Below, one piece after another: positions 40,216 to 49,578 of a stretch of 64,000 nucleotides of DNA. Made by a program: the position numbers and the translations under genes. Source of the DNA: a virus; IMG/VR virus record IMGVR_UViG_3300031221_000001, positions 31,138 to 95,137 of that record; one strand, 5' to 3'. Position 1 is the stretch's first letter. Each line of letters opens with the position of its first letter. Below the pieces are notes generated by a model. That model did no database searches, had not been told where the DNA came from, and saw only the letters and a program-made list of their open reading frames with translations.

Positions 40216-41930
40216 TGGCAAAGAAACACAACAAAGCACACATACCAGCATCCCCTGTCGCAGTAGACAATCAAGTCCCGCTATCAATAAATCAGCTTGA
40301 CGACGTGTACTCCATAGTACATGAAATGATTGAAAACTTAGATGAGGCTGCAATTAGTGAATTAAGTGGAGGTCAGAATCTAAGCATTGATCAAATCATA
40401 GATACTTTAATTGACGAAACCGCTGCAGTCGTTGCATCTAAACACTCAACATTACAAACAGGATCTTTTGGATATTTAGAGAAGTTTACTGACGAAGTCG
40501 AAGAGACTTTGCGATGTAAGAGCTTAAACTATTTCATAATATCTGTTTTGCCCGAATTTATTTTAGGTTGGCATAACATAGAGTGGTCAAACCTAATTCA
40601 AATTAACAGATTGCTTTGTGTACTAGCAGCACGTGATCACGGAAAGTCTTACCACTTTAGCTTTGCATATCCTCTGTGGCAGATGTACAGATATAAGCGC
40701 AAAGGAACTCATCTAAATCCAACACCGAAAGAGTTTCAAATGGCAAGAGAGGGTCTTTTGATCACTAACGAATTTGGACTTGCTCGTCACTTTTTGGCTA
40801 TGATCAAAGAAGAGATTGGAGCGAACGATATCTTGAGAAATAGACTGATGCCTGATTCCAAAAGAGAGGGTTGGGGAGCAGAGAAGATTGTTTGTAAGAA
40901 CGGAGCTTCATTGGCAATAAAGTCTGCAGGATCCAAGATTAGAGGCTATCATCCCACATATATCGTACTAGACGACTTTCTAAACGAATCGTCTTTGTAC
41001 AGTCAAGATCAACGAGACAAATACTGGAACACTTTTAGTGCTGTGATTCTGCCAGCACTATCTCCTGGAGGGCAGATGTTGATTGTAGGTACTCCATTTT
41101 TTGAAAAAGATCTATATGCACATCTGAAAGATACTGGAAAGTATAGGGTCTTTGAATATCCAGCAATATTTCCAAATGGAAAATTGCTCTTTCCTCAAAG
41201 ACACACCTTCGATTCCTTAATGGAAAAGAAACAGATTCTCGGTTCGCTAATATTTTCGAGAGAGATACTAGTCAAGCCCATATCGGACAGCGCTTCGATT
41301 TTTCCTTACGACAGTTTGAGAAATGCAATCAAAGGACAGGATTCGGTAGATGTGACTCCAAACATAGATTCTAGCGCAAGAAGGTTCGCTAAAATTGTTG
41401 TCGGATGTGATTTTGCTATTTCATCAAACATTGGAGCTGACTTTAGTGTGTTCACAATATTAGGAGTTGATGAGTTAGGAATTTTTCATGTATTGAATTG
41501 TTGGAGAAAGGCTGGGTCGAATTACGGACAGCAGATAGCAGCATTGAAAAAGATAAACAACGACTTTAGACCAGACGTAATGTATGCAGAGGACAATGGA
41601 ATGCAACAAATCTTCATTCAAATGATGGAAGATGCAAACTTGCCAGTTGTAGGAAAAACCACTAATGCAATAAACAAGAAATCACTATATAAAGGAATTC
41701 CTTCTCTTGCAGTACTGTTCGAGACTGGACGAATTAAATTTCCATACGGAACCCAAAGAGCAAAAAACTTGACCGATCTATATTTTGGAGAACTCAACAG
41801 TATAACGTATATTCAAGACACAGGAAAGTTGGAGTCGGTCTCTCAACATGACGACTGTGGAATGTCATTGTGGAATGCAGTAAATGCAGCAAAAGGAGAC
41901 CTCGAAGAATTCGACTTTTCATTTATTTAA
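40215..41930 (+). CDS. Terminase large subunit
   Basis: ARDHGKS Walker A, IRGYHP..IVLDD, VGTP, GCDFA and HDDCGMS nuclease motifs. Confidence 0.9.
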   Translation: MAKKHNKAHIPASPVAVDNQVPLSINQLDDVYSIVHEMIENLDEAAISELSGGQNLSIDQIIDTLIDETAAVVASKHSTLQTGSFGYLEKFTDEVEETLRCKSLNYFIISVLPEFILGWHNIEWSNLIQINRLLCVLAARDHGKSYHFSFAYPLWQMYRYKRKGTHLNPTPKEFQMAREGLLITNEFGLARHFLAMIKEEIGANDILRNRLMPDSKREGWGAEKIVCKNGASLAIKSAGSKIRGYHPTYIVLDDFLNESSLYSQDQRDKYWNTFSAVILPALSPGGQMLIVGTPFFEKDLYAHLKDTGKYRVFEYPAIFPNGKLLFPQRHTFDSLMEKKQILGSLIFSREILVKPISDSASIFPYDSLRNAIKGQDSVDVTPNIDSSARRFAKIVVGCDFAISSNIGADFSVFTILGVDELGIFHVLNCWRKAGSNYGQQIAALKKINNDFRPDVMYAEDNGMQQIFIQMMEDANLPVVGKTTNAINKKSLYKGIPSLAVLFETGRIKFPYGTQRAKNLTDLYFGELNSITYIQDTGKLESVSQHDDCGMSLWNAVNAAKGDLEEFDFSFI

Positions 41931-41948
41931 TCGATTGTAAATTTTAAT

Positions 41949-43316
41949 ATGAAAGTACTTACAGACAACTTTATCAACGAGTTGTTCAAAATCTGTCTTA
42001 GAAAAAAGCAGATATTTGAAATAGCGCAAACACATCTGAAATTTAACTACCTTCCATCAGAGCAGTACAAAGAAATTTGGCAAGCGATGTCGAAGTACTA
42101 TGACAGTGCGGAAAAGTTATTGACGATAGGACTGCTAACTCAACAATTTGAAAATAGGCCAAAGGTCATAGATGTAATTAATGACGTCAAGAAGGCAGAC
42201 GTTCCAGAAGATCAAGCTGTTCTCGAACAGCTTGAGGTATTCATCAAAAACAAAATATTTATAGAGGCGTATTCAGACCTTCACGACAAGTTCAATCGTG
42301 ACGACAAAAATGGAGCGTTTGAGTTAATGGGTGAAGTTGCTGAACAACTCAAAGAATTTAAGATAACAGAAAAGTCTCAAGGACACAGAGTCTTTGCAGA
42401 TTTTGGGAAAAGACATAACGAAAGGGTAACTAATAACGCTCAAGTTCAAGAAATTCAAGCAGCGATTAAGAGAAAGGTCCCTACAGGAATCTTTCCAATA
42501 GACAAACTGTTGCGAGGAGGAATCGATAAAGGAGATACGTTTTTAATTCTAGCAGATTCTGGAGTAGGAAAGTCTAAGATGTTGAAACATATGGGACTTA
42601 GCGCAGCTAGAAGAGGATATAGAGTAGTTCACATACAAGCTGAGGGAACTGCAAAAGAAGCAGAAGAGGCCTACGATGCAGCAATTGCGGGAGCAACTGT
42701 ACACGACGTTGAGGTGGGTGCGTTAAGTGACAAAGAGCTTGGTAAAATCGAAAATGCACTATCAGTATTGATGAGTCAAGGAGGAGAGATTCATATTAAG
42801 GCGTTTGAGCAGTTCGATAGTGGTAGTATGAGAGACGTTCATTCCTTTTGTGAAGTAATTCAAGATCAGTATGGTGAAATCGATTTGCTGTTAGTGGATT
42901 ATTTAGACGAGGTCGAACCTGGAGATGGTAAAAGATACTTCTCAAACCAAGACGGAACTAGACTATCAAAACGTGCAAGTGCTAAGAAGTTTAAAAACAT
43001 ATGTGTAGAATTTGATTGTGCAGGAGCAACAGCTACACAATCGAGTGATATAAAAGATGCAGACAAAGAAAATCCAGAATTCTTTTTAAAGAGAGGAAAC
43101 ACGTCAGAAAACAAAAAACTACTTCAACCGTTTTCATATTTATTTACATTAAACAGAACAACTACTGAGGAGCAAAATAACATTATGAGACTTTATGCGG
43201 ATAAGTTGAGAAAGTATGGAGCCGAAGATAGAGCAATGTCAATAGTAACTAATTTCAATGTAGAAAGATTCTACGACCACAAGCGAACTGTAAAAACTTT
43301 TGGAGAGTATGAATGA
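41949..43316 (+). CDS. DnaB-like replicative helicase
   Basis: VPTG...DKLLRGG, ADSGVGKS, LLVDYLD and TATQ. Confidence 0.88.
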   Translation: MKVLTDNFINELFKICLRKKQIFEIAQTHLKFNYLPSEQYKEIWQAMSKYYDSAEKLLTIGLLTQQFENRPKVIDVINDVKKADVPEDQAVLEQLEVFIKNKIFIEAYSDLHDKFNRDDKNGAFELMGEVAEQLKEFKITEKSQGHRVFADFGKRHNERVTNNAQVQEIQAAIKRKVPTGIFPIDKLLRGGIDKGDTFLILADSGVGKSKMLKHMGLSAARRGYRVVHIQAEGTAKEAEEAYDAAIAGATVHDVEVGALSDKELGKIENALSVLMSQGGEIHIKAFEQFDSGSMRDVHSFCEVIQDQYGEIDLLLVDYLDEVEPGDGKRYFSNQDGTRLSKRASAKKFKNICVEFDCAGATATQSSDIKDADKENPEFFLKRGNTSENKKLLQPFSYLFTLNRTTTEEQNNIMRLYADKLRKYGAEDRAMSIVTNFNVERFYDHKRTVKTFGEYE

Positions 43317-44331
43317 TATGACTCACAGAATGCAAAAGGTAGCTGAAGCATTCAATCTCAATCTCAGAAACAAATCTCCAAAAGGATGGATTTATGGAGG
43401 AACGTGTCCGTTCTGTAATAGGAGCGATAAGTTCGGAATAAAGTTGAACTATGAGAGAGGGAAGTATAGGAATCACGTCTCGTTCAATTGCTTTCACGGA
43501 TCGTGTCAAGAAAAAGGTAGTGAGTTCAAGCTATTGAAAGAGGTAGGCCTTCTTCACTTAATAAGTGACGGAGAGTTTATTGGAGAAAAAGACAAGTTAG
43601 AGCAACTAACCTTTATTTCAGAAGAGGTAGACATTGACGATGAGGTTCCTACAAAACATAAGCCGTTCGGATATCGTAGAGTCGATAGCGATCCGTACTT
43701 AAATGGAAGAGGATTCAAGCCATGGCAATATCAAACATATAATGTTGGAAGAACTAAAATGTACGATCCTTTAAAGGATTACGTGATTTTTCTAATAGAA
43801 GAAGACAGAGAGAATAAAGGATACGTGGCTAGGCTTACGTGGAGTAAAGAAAAAATCAAACAGCAAGAAGATTTAGGAAGGTTAGTGTTGAGGTATAAAA
43901 ATGAAGGAGGTGTTGATTTTGGAAAACTTTTATTCGGAATAGACGAAATTGTTAGTGAAGTAACTAAAAGAGTGATTTTGGTCGAAGGAGTAACGGACAA
44001 GGCTAACGTAGACAAATTGCTAAGACTTAATCTAAATGAGAAAACTAAATGCTGTTGTAGTTTTGGAAAAAAGATTTCAGAAGAGCAAATCTTTAAATTA
44101 TGGAAAAAAGGAGTAGAGCAAATAGTCGTTCTATACGATCCTGATGCTGTCGATGCGTCAAAACAATATTCATATCAACTTAAATTGTGGTTTAATAATG
44201 TGAAAGTGGGATATTTACATTCAAACGATCCAGGAGACGTTGATAGAAAAGAACTTTTAGAGGTACTTAAAAATGCAGAGACTCCAGGAACTTTCGATGT
44301 TATGAGAGTGCAAAAATTTAATTTAAAATAA
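43300..44331 (+). CDS. DNA primase (Zn finger plus TOPRIM)
   Basis: CPFC...CFHGSC; VEGVTD; YDPD. Confidence 0.88.
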   Translation: MESMNDMTHRMQKVAEAFNLNLRNKSPKGWIYGGTCPFCNRSDKFGIKLNYERGKYRNHVSFNCFHGSCQEKGSEFKLLKEVGLLHLISDGEFIGEKDKLEQLTFISEEVDIDDEVPTKHKPFGYRRVDSDPYLNGRGFKPWQYQTYNVGRTKMYDPLKDYVIFLIEEDRENKGYVARLTWSKEKIKQQEDLGRLVLRYKNEGGVDFGKLLFGIDEIVSEVTKRVILVEGVTDKANVDKLLRLNLNEKTKCCCSFGKKISEEQIFKLWKKGVEQIVVLYDPDAVDASKQYSYQLKLWFNNVKVGYLHSNDPGDVDRKELLEVLKNAETPGTFDVMRVQKFNLK

Positions 44332-44343
44332 ATCGTAAAAAAA

Positions 44344-44865
44344 ATGAGCGAAAGAAAAACTCGAAATCAAACTCTATTTCAATATCTAGAGAGCTTACAA
44401 ACAGAGTACATAAATGCCGAACTGAGAAAGAAAATCTATCCAATCGTAAAAGATAAAAGATTTTACGAAAGAACGATGAAGTGGAAGAGGCAGAAGATTG
44501 AAGATATTGCTCAAAGAAATGAATTACCTACTATCTTCACCAATAGCGAAGAGAAGTCTCGCATATATGAAAAGACGTATACCAAATACGGACTGCCAAA
44601 CTTTCTTTACAGAAACGAAAGTGAGATCGTGGAGTTTAGAAAGTGGGACGTCATAAACTATTTTGCTAAAGAAGCTGAGGTTAAGCTTGATGAAGGTGAA
44701 GGCAAGGTTTCTGTAGGAACTATCGTCGACAACTCAGACATCTCAGCAATTTTCTTCGACCATACTGATGTGATAGACTATAACAAAAATGTAGTAATCG
44801 TCAAAGTGAAAGGAGAGGCAGCTCAAAAGCCGTACTTAATTAAACACATTTCAAGAATACTGTAA
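44344..44865 (+). CDS. Hypothetical protein
   Basis: 173 aa ORF. Confidence 0.7.
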   Translation: MSERKTRNQTLFQYLESLQTEYINAELRKKIYPIVKDKRFYERTMKWKRQKIEDIAQRNELPTIFTNSEEKSRIYEKTYTKYGLPNFLYRNESEIVEFRKWDVINYFAKEAEVKLDEGEGKVSVGTIVDNSDISAIFFDHTDVIDYNKNVVIVKVKGEAAQKPYLIKHISRIL

Positions 44866-44876
44866 AAACTAAACAA

Positions 44877-45359
44877 ATGGGAAATTTTAGATCAACAAAA
44901 GTAATTGACGGATTCAGTACATGCTTTCGTCAATGGAGAGCAAAAGACACTCACTGTTCATTCATACATGGGTATGGAGTCAGTGTGAAATTTATTTTTA
45001 AGGGAGAATTAGATAATCGAAACTGGGTAGTTGATTTTGGAGGATTCAAGAGATCGAAAATAGGAATAGAAACTACAAAAGATGTTTTCTTACCACCAAA
45101 ACAATACCTTTCATGGCTACTAGATCACACAATGGTAGTTGCTGAAGATGATCCAGAACTTGAAACGTTTCAGGCGATGAGCGACAAAGGAATGATTCAG
45201 TTAAGAACGATTGACGGTGTAGGTTGTGAAAAGTTTGCAGAATACATTGGAACCAGATTTGCAGAATGGTGTACTGCTGAAACTATGGGACGTGCTAAGC
45301 TAATCTCATGTGAATTTAGAGAGCACGAAAAAAATTCAGCGATTTGGTTTGCTGAATAG
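44877..45359 (+). CDS. queD: 6-carboxy-5,6,7,8-tetrahydropterin synthase
   Basis: HCSFIHGY, WVVDFG, LDH, GCEKFAEY and EHEKNSA. Confidence 0.9.
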   Translation: MGNFRSTKVIDGFSTCFRQWRAKDTHCSFIHGYGVSVKFIFKGELDNRNWVVDFGGFKRSKIGIETTKDVFLPPKQYLSWLLDHTMVVAEDDPELETFQAMSDKGMIQLRTIDGVGCEKFAEYIGTRFAEWCTAETMGRAKLISCEFREHEKNSAIWFAE

Positions 45360-45379
45360 ATGATGTGTGGTTATCTTTA
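45348..45379 (+). promoter_or_regulatory. Bacteroidota-type promoter (TTTG-N20-TATCTTTA) overlapping the queD 3' end
   Basis: TTTG 45348-45351; TATCTTTA 45372-45379. Confidence 0.6.
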
Positions 45380-45760
45380 TCTACATACATAAAAGATCGT
45401 AAAATGAAAAAGCTAAGTAAAAGAGTATCAAAGAATGGATACGTCTACAAACAGACTCAAAGATATGACTGTCCAGTTTCTGGAAGATCAGTTATTATTT
45501 ACAGCATGCATACTAACGACGACGAAGAAAAGTTAATTGCACACGAGACCTTTATTATCCCAATTCGAAAAAAGCCAATTACAACTCCTAGCGGAATAAT
45601 AGTTCCTCCAGGAGAGAAGTTTCCTGGCAATCAGGAGTTTGGAACTACAGTCAAGGGAAGTAATTGCGGAGGAATTGATTCACAAACTCAAATTCTAGAG
45701 GAATTTGAAAAACTCAAAAAGTATTTACAAAATGGAAAAAGCAAGTTCAAAACCAGCTAA
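45365..45760 (+). CDS. Hypothetical protein (likely start ATG 45404)
   Basis: ORF between queD and queE, downstream of its own promoter motif. Confidence 0.65.
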   Translation: MWLSLSTYIKDRKMKKLSKRVSKNGYVYKQTQRYDCPVSGRSVIIYSMHTNDDEEKLIAHETFIIPIRKKPITTPSGIIVPPGEKFPGNQEFGTTVKGSNCGGIDSQTQILEEFEKLKKYLQNGKSKFKTS

Positions 45761-46499
45761 GAAGACTATTCTCGAGGTTTACAGAGCCGTTCAGAGTGAA
45801 GGTAGTCGAATAATGCCTACAGTGGTGATACGTACATCAGGATGTACTCATCGATGTTATTTTGGCGAAGGAGGTTGGTGTGACTCATGGTACACCTCGA
45901 TTCATCCTGAGAAGTCATTATATGACATTGAAGACGTTAAGCAGATGTACAAAGACAATCCTCAGATTAAAGAAATGATGATCACAGGAGGATCTCCGAC
46001 AATGCATCCAAAACTATTGCAAGAGCTAACTCAGTTTGCTAAAGAAAACGGAATTGTAACTACAATAGAAACTGAAGGATCACATTACGTAGAAACCGAT
46101 CATCCGATAGATTTGATTTCACTATCTCCTAAATTAAGCAATAGTGTGCCAGTGCTGGGAGCGGTCACTCCTAAAGGAAAGGTAGTAGACGAGAAGTTTA
46201 TAAAGCAACACAATAAGTTCAGAATGAACATCGACACGATGAAGCAGATGCTGGAATACCACACAGACTATCAGCTGAAGCCGGTGTGGGGTGGTGGAGA
46301 AGAAGCTTTGCAAGAGATTAGGGATTTGGTTAAAGAATTAGGTATTCCAAACAATAAAGTATGGATGATGCCTGCAGGAGACACTAGAGAACAGCTAGTT
46401 AAAATGTATCCTGTCGTAATGGAACAGTGCATTGAGGAAGGTTGGAACTTTACGGGAAGACCGCACATTATAGCCTATCAAGATCAAAGAGAAGTGTAG
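45705..46499 (+). CDS. queE: 7-carboxy-7-deazaguanine synthase (radical SAM; likely start ATG 45732)
   Basis: QSEG, RTSGCTHRC...WCDS, ITGGSP, IETEG and SLSPK. Confidence 0.92.
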   Translation: MKNSKSIYKMEKASSKPAKKTILEVYRAVQSEGSRIMPTVVIRTSGCTHRCYFGEGGWCDSWYTSIHPEKSLYDIEDVKQMYKDNPQIKEMMITGGSPTMHPKLLQELTQFAKENGIVTTIETEGSHYVETDHPIDLISLSPKLSNSVPVLGAVTPKGKVVDEKFIKQHNKFRMNIDTMKQMLEYHTDYQLKPVWGGGEEALQEIRDLVKELGIPNNKVWMMPAGDTREQLVKMYPVVMEQCIEEGWNFTGRPHIIAYQDQREV

Positions 46500-46873
46500 T
46501 GACCGTTCAAGATAGGGAGAGGGCTTATAAAAAGAATAGATACAAGAGCGATCCGAATTTTCGAATGAGAATTCTCCTCAGATCTAGACTTTATCAAGTA
46601 GTAAAAGGCAAGATGTCTAAAGAGAGTGCAGAAATCCTCGTAGGATGTAGCTATACTGAACTGATCATCTACATAGAGTCTCAATTTAAGCCAGGAATGT
46701 GCTGGGAAAATAGAAAGCAGTGGCATTTAGATCACAAAGTTCCTTGCGCAAAGTTCGACCTCACTATAATTGAAAATCAAAAGAGATGTTTTCATTACAC
46801 TAACCTTCAGCCATTATGGGCAAGCCAAAACTTATCAAAAGCAGCAAAATTAACTATAAAAACAAATAAATGA
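46442..46873 (+). mobile_element. Free-standing HNH homing endonuclease-like gene (likely start GTG 46499)
   Basis: GM.WEN...WHLDHKVPC..FDL......CFHYTNLQPLWA..NLSK; inserted between queE and folE. Confidence 0.75.
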
Positions 46874-47517
46874 AACTACTATCGAGAGCTAACGGAAACG
46901 TTGCTAGAACAGAAGTTGAAAAACTTGAAATGCTAGAAAAGGCACAGTATCATTACGGAAAATTCCTAACATCAATGGGATTTGACTGGGAAGCGGATCC
47001 TCACACCGTAGACACTCCGAAAAGAGTTGCAAAAGCGTGGATTAACGATCTTATCAGCGGATCGATCAATCCAATGTGTAAAGTCACCGCTTTTCCGAAT
47101 CACGAAGGATATACAGGACTAATTTGTCAAACACAAATTCCTGTAATTAGTATGTGTGCTCATCACAACCTAAGTTTTATTGGAGTAGCGCACGTAGCGT
47201 ACATTCCAGGTAAAAGTAAAGACGATATGGTTGTAGGACTATCTAAGCTAAATCGAATCGTAGATTGGTACAGTAGAAGACCGAACATCCAAGAATCGTT
47301 GACGAAACAAATTCACGACGAAATCGACAAGTTGTGTGTCGGTAATCGAGGAGTGGCTGTAGTAATTGAATCTCAACACAATTGTGTTAGATGTAGAGGA
47401 ATCAAGAATAGTAGTGTGATGAAAACTTCTCAAATGAGCAAGTACTTTTTCGACAACAGTATAGGAACTAGACATGAATTTTTTAGTTTAATTGATCAAT
47501 CACGTCACAATGGATAG
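46870..47517 (+). CDS. folE: GTP cyclohydrolase I
   Basis: DTPKRVAK, SMCAHH, GLSKLNR, QESLT.QI and HNCVRCRG. Confidence 0.95.
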   Translation: MKLLSRANGNVARTEVEKLEMLEKAQYHYGKFLTSMGFDWEADPHTVDTPKRVAKAWINDLISGSINPMCKVTAFPNHEGYTGLICQTQIPVISMCAHHNLSFIGVAHVAYIPGKSKDDMVVGLSKLNRIVDWYSRRPNIQESLTKQIHDEIDKLCVGNRGVAVVIESQHNCVRCRGIKNSSVMKTSQMSKYFFDNSIGTRHEFFSLIDQSRHNG

Positions 47518-48025
47518 TATATTTTCAACTCAAAAGGCAATTAAGAAAATGGTTCATAAGTGTGCCTGTAGCATACAGGCACGTACGTTAAATCCTCCAA
47601 TTCCTGTAGTGATGTTAGGAGTGTTGAATGGAGCAATGCCATTTTTAACTGACCTAACTAGAAACTTGCCTTACATGGACATGCAGATAGATACAATTCA
47701 ATGCAAGAGCTACAGTGGAATGTTCGTTCGTGAAAAAGTTAAGATAACTAAAAAGCCAGATCTTGATTTGAATGGACTTCGAGTGATTATTGTTGAGGAC
47801 ATCGTTGATAGTGGAGAAACTATTACTGCCATCAAAAAATATCTCAACAAGAGCTATAAAGAGATCAGTAGCATAGAGGTGTGTTCGTTATTTAAGAGAG
47901 ATGGTTGTGATCTATACTTAGAGCACCTAGGTCGCGTAGTTCCTGATGGACTATGGTTGTATGGATACGGAATGGACAACGACCAATTAGACAGAAACAT
48001 TCCAGAAGTAATGATTAAATCGTAA
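47492..48025 (+). CDS. hpt: Hypoxanthine-guanine phosphoribosyltransferase-like enzyme (likely start ATG 47510)
   Basis: GVLNGAMPF, SY loop, PRPP motif VIIVEDIVDSGET, and YGYGMD...RN. Confidence 0.85.
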   Translation: MINHVTMDSIFSTQKAIKKMVHKCACSIQARTLNPPIPVVMLGVLNGAMPFLTDLTRNLPYMDMQIDTIQCKSYSGMFVREKVKITKKPDLDLNGLRVIIVEDIVDSGETITAIKKYLNKSYKEISSIEVCSLFKRDGCDLYLEHLGRVVPDGLWLYGYGMDNDQLDRNIPEVMIKS

Positions 48026-48035
48026 AACAAAAACA

Positions 48036-48575
48036 ATGTTAAATTCAAGACAGATTTTAGATCAAAAGATTATCACAGGACCAATCGATGACGATATGGT
48101 AGCACAAGTAGGAGTTGACCTACGAGTAATTGAAATCAAGAGCATTTATGGGGGAGGAGTAGTTCCTCAACAAGGCAAAACTAAATTAGCTCACAAAGAG
48201 CCTGTTAAAAGAAACGGTGGAAGAGAGGTTGGATTAGAAAATGCAGTATGGCTATTACAGCCAGGAGCATACGACGTAACCTTTGAGCAAGGATGTGACA
48301 TTCCTGCAGACAAAGTAATGCTACTTCGCCAAAGAAGCTCTTTGTTAAGAAATGGATCAATCTTACATTCCAGCGTATTTGATCCAGGATTCAGTACAAA
48401 GAATGTAGGAACAGTTCTCATAGTAATTTCTCCAATCGTAATCGAATTTAAAGCAAGAATTGCACAAGCATACATTCACGAATGCACTGAGGTCGCAAGT
48501 GAAGATTTATATGACGGTCAGTTCCAAGGAGACAAGCAAAGAGATCAATCAAAAAACGTAAAGGATGCAAAGTAG
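48036..48575 (+). CDS. Trimeric dUTPase / dCTP-deaminase-fold enzyme
   Basis: GVDLR, RSSLLRNG, VFDPGF, RIAQ and YDGQFQG. Confidence 0.85.
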   Translation: MLNSRQILDQKIITGPIDDDMVAQVGVDLRVIEIKSIYGGGVVPQQGKTKLAHKEPVKRNGGREVGLENAVWLLQPGAYDVTFEQGCDIPADKVMLLRQRSSLLRNGSILHSSVFDPGFSTKNVGTVLIVISPIVIEFKARIAQAYIHECTEVASEDLYDGQFQGDKQRDQSKNVKDAK

Positions 48576-49533
48576 AGTCGTAATAAATCTCCAAGTTGAA
48601 GGAATACATGCATGGCCTGGAGTCACAGAAACCAAATATGTAAATAAAGTAGGATATTTACAATTTCCACACAGACATACGTTTGAATTCAAGTGTGAGA
48701 AAAGTGTTAGTCACGCAGATAGAGACATTGAAATCATCGACTTAAAGCATCAAGTCCTAATATATCTTAAACAAAAGTACACTGACGCTTCACGAGTAAA
48801 TTCTACAGGCATTGTCCATGATTTTGGTACTAATTCTTGTGAAATGATTGCTGAAGAGTTAGTGAAACATTTTAAGTTAGAGAGATGTGAAGTTCTTGAA
48901 GATGGAGAAAATGGTGCTGTGGTTTATGAAGATCGTGTAGAAGATTTTCCTCCAAAGTACTATTTTAAGGCAAAAGAGGTACCTGAAGACTTTAGAGACA
49001 ACATTATAAAAAAAATGGAACATCGAATGGTTTTTGGCATAGAGCCTCCCATAGACACTAGAGGAAAGAACGTTACATTCATTTGTAGTTATCTTAAAGG
49101 AGGTAAGAGCACCTTTTCTCACCTACTTGCTCAAGGAATGGACTGTAGATCGCCAGTGGCAAATAAGATTAAGGTGATCGAAGTTAGTGAAATTGTGAAA
49201 AAGCTTCTCAACAAGAGTGAGAGATCTGATTTGCAAGGACATCCAGAACTCAGCGATCAGATTTATCAAGAAATACTAAGAGCAAGCATGGATTACGAAA
49301 ACGTAATCGTTAGCGGAGCACGTCAATTGACTTTACTGAAAGCATTTCCAGAAGCAACGTTTATCTGGATTGATACGCCAAACGACGTCAGATATCAAAG
49401 GTTTAGAGATGATAAGTCGGCAAAAGACCCTAATAGTGGCGAAGCATCTTTTCACAAAGCAAATCTAGGTGACCTTGATTTAGGAATTGCCGATGTAAAA
49501 CAATACATTTTTAAAAGAAACGGATGTCTGTAA
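48565..49533 (+). CDS. DpdL-like T-fold protein (putative CDG decarboxylase) fused to a P-loop NMP-kinase-like domain
   Basis: N-terminal EGIHAWP, LxxxHRHxF (LQFPHRHTF), SCEMIAE and EDGENGA; C-terminal SYLKGGKST, IVSGAR and IDTPNDVRYQR. Confidence 0.75.
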   Translation: MQSRVVINLQVEGIHAWPGVTETKYVNKVGYLQFPHRHTFEFKCEKSVSHADRDIEIIDLKHQVLIYLKQKYTDASRVNSTGIVHDFGTNSCEMIAEELVKHFKLERCEVLEDGENGAVVYEDRVEDFPPKYYFKAKEVPEDFRDNIIKKMEHRMVFGIEPPIDTRGKNVTFICSYLKGGKSTFSHLLAQGMDCRSPVANKIKVIEVSEIVKKLLNKSERSDLQGHPELSDQIYQEILRASMDYENVIVSGARQLTLLKAFPEATFIWIDTPNDVRYQRFRDDKSAKDPNSGEASFHKANLGDLDLGIADVKQYIFKRNGCL

Positions 49534-49546
49534 GATAATAAAGAGG

Positions 49547-49554
49547 TATCTTTA
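49547..49554 (+). promoter_or_regulatory. -7 promoter element TATCTTTA upstream of the ligase gene
   Basis: Same octamer as at 3085, 45372, 51884 and 56593; the -33 element is weak. Confidence 0.45.
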
Positions 49555-49578
49555 TGATATAATTTAAAAGACAGTAAA

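Noticed and set aside
44877-47517. Interpreting folE/queD/queE as tRNA queuosine or folate auxiliary metabolic genes
   Set aside because: There is no queC, queF, queA or canonical tgt in the window, while DpdL-like and DpdA-like genes point to DNA modification.
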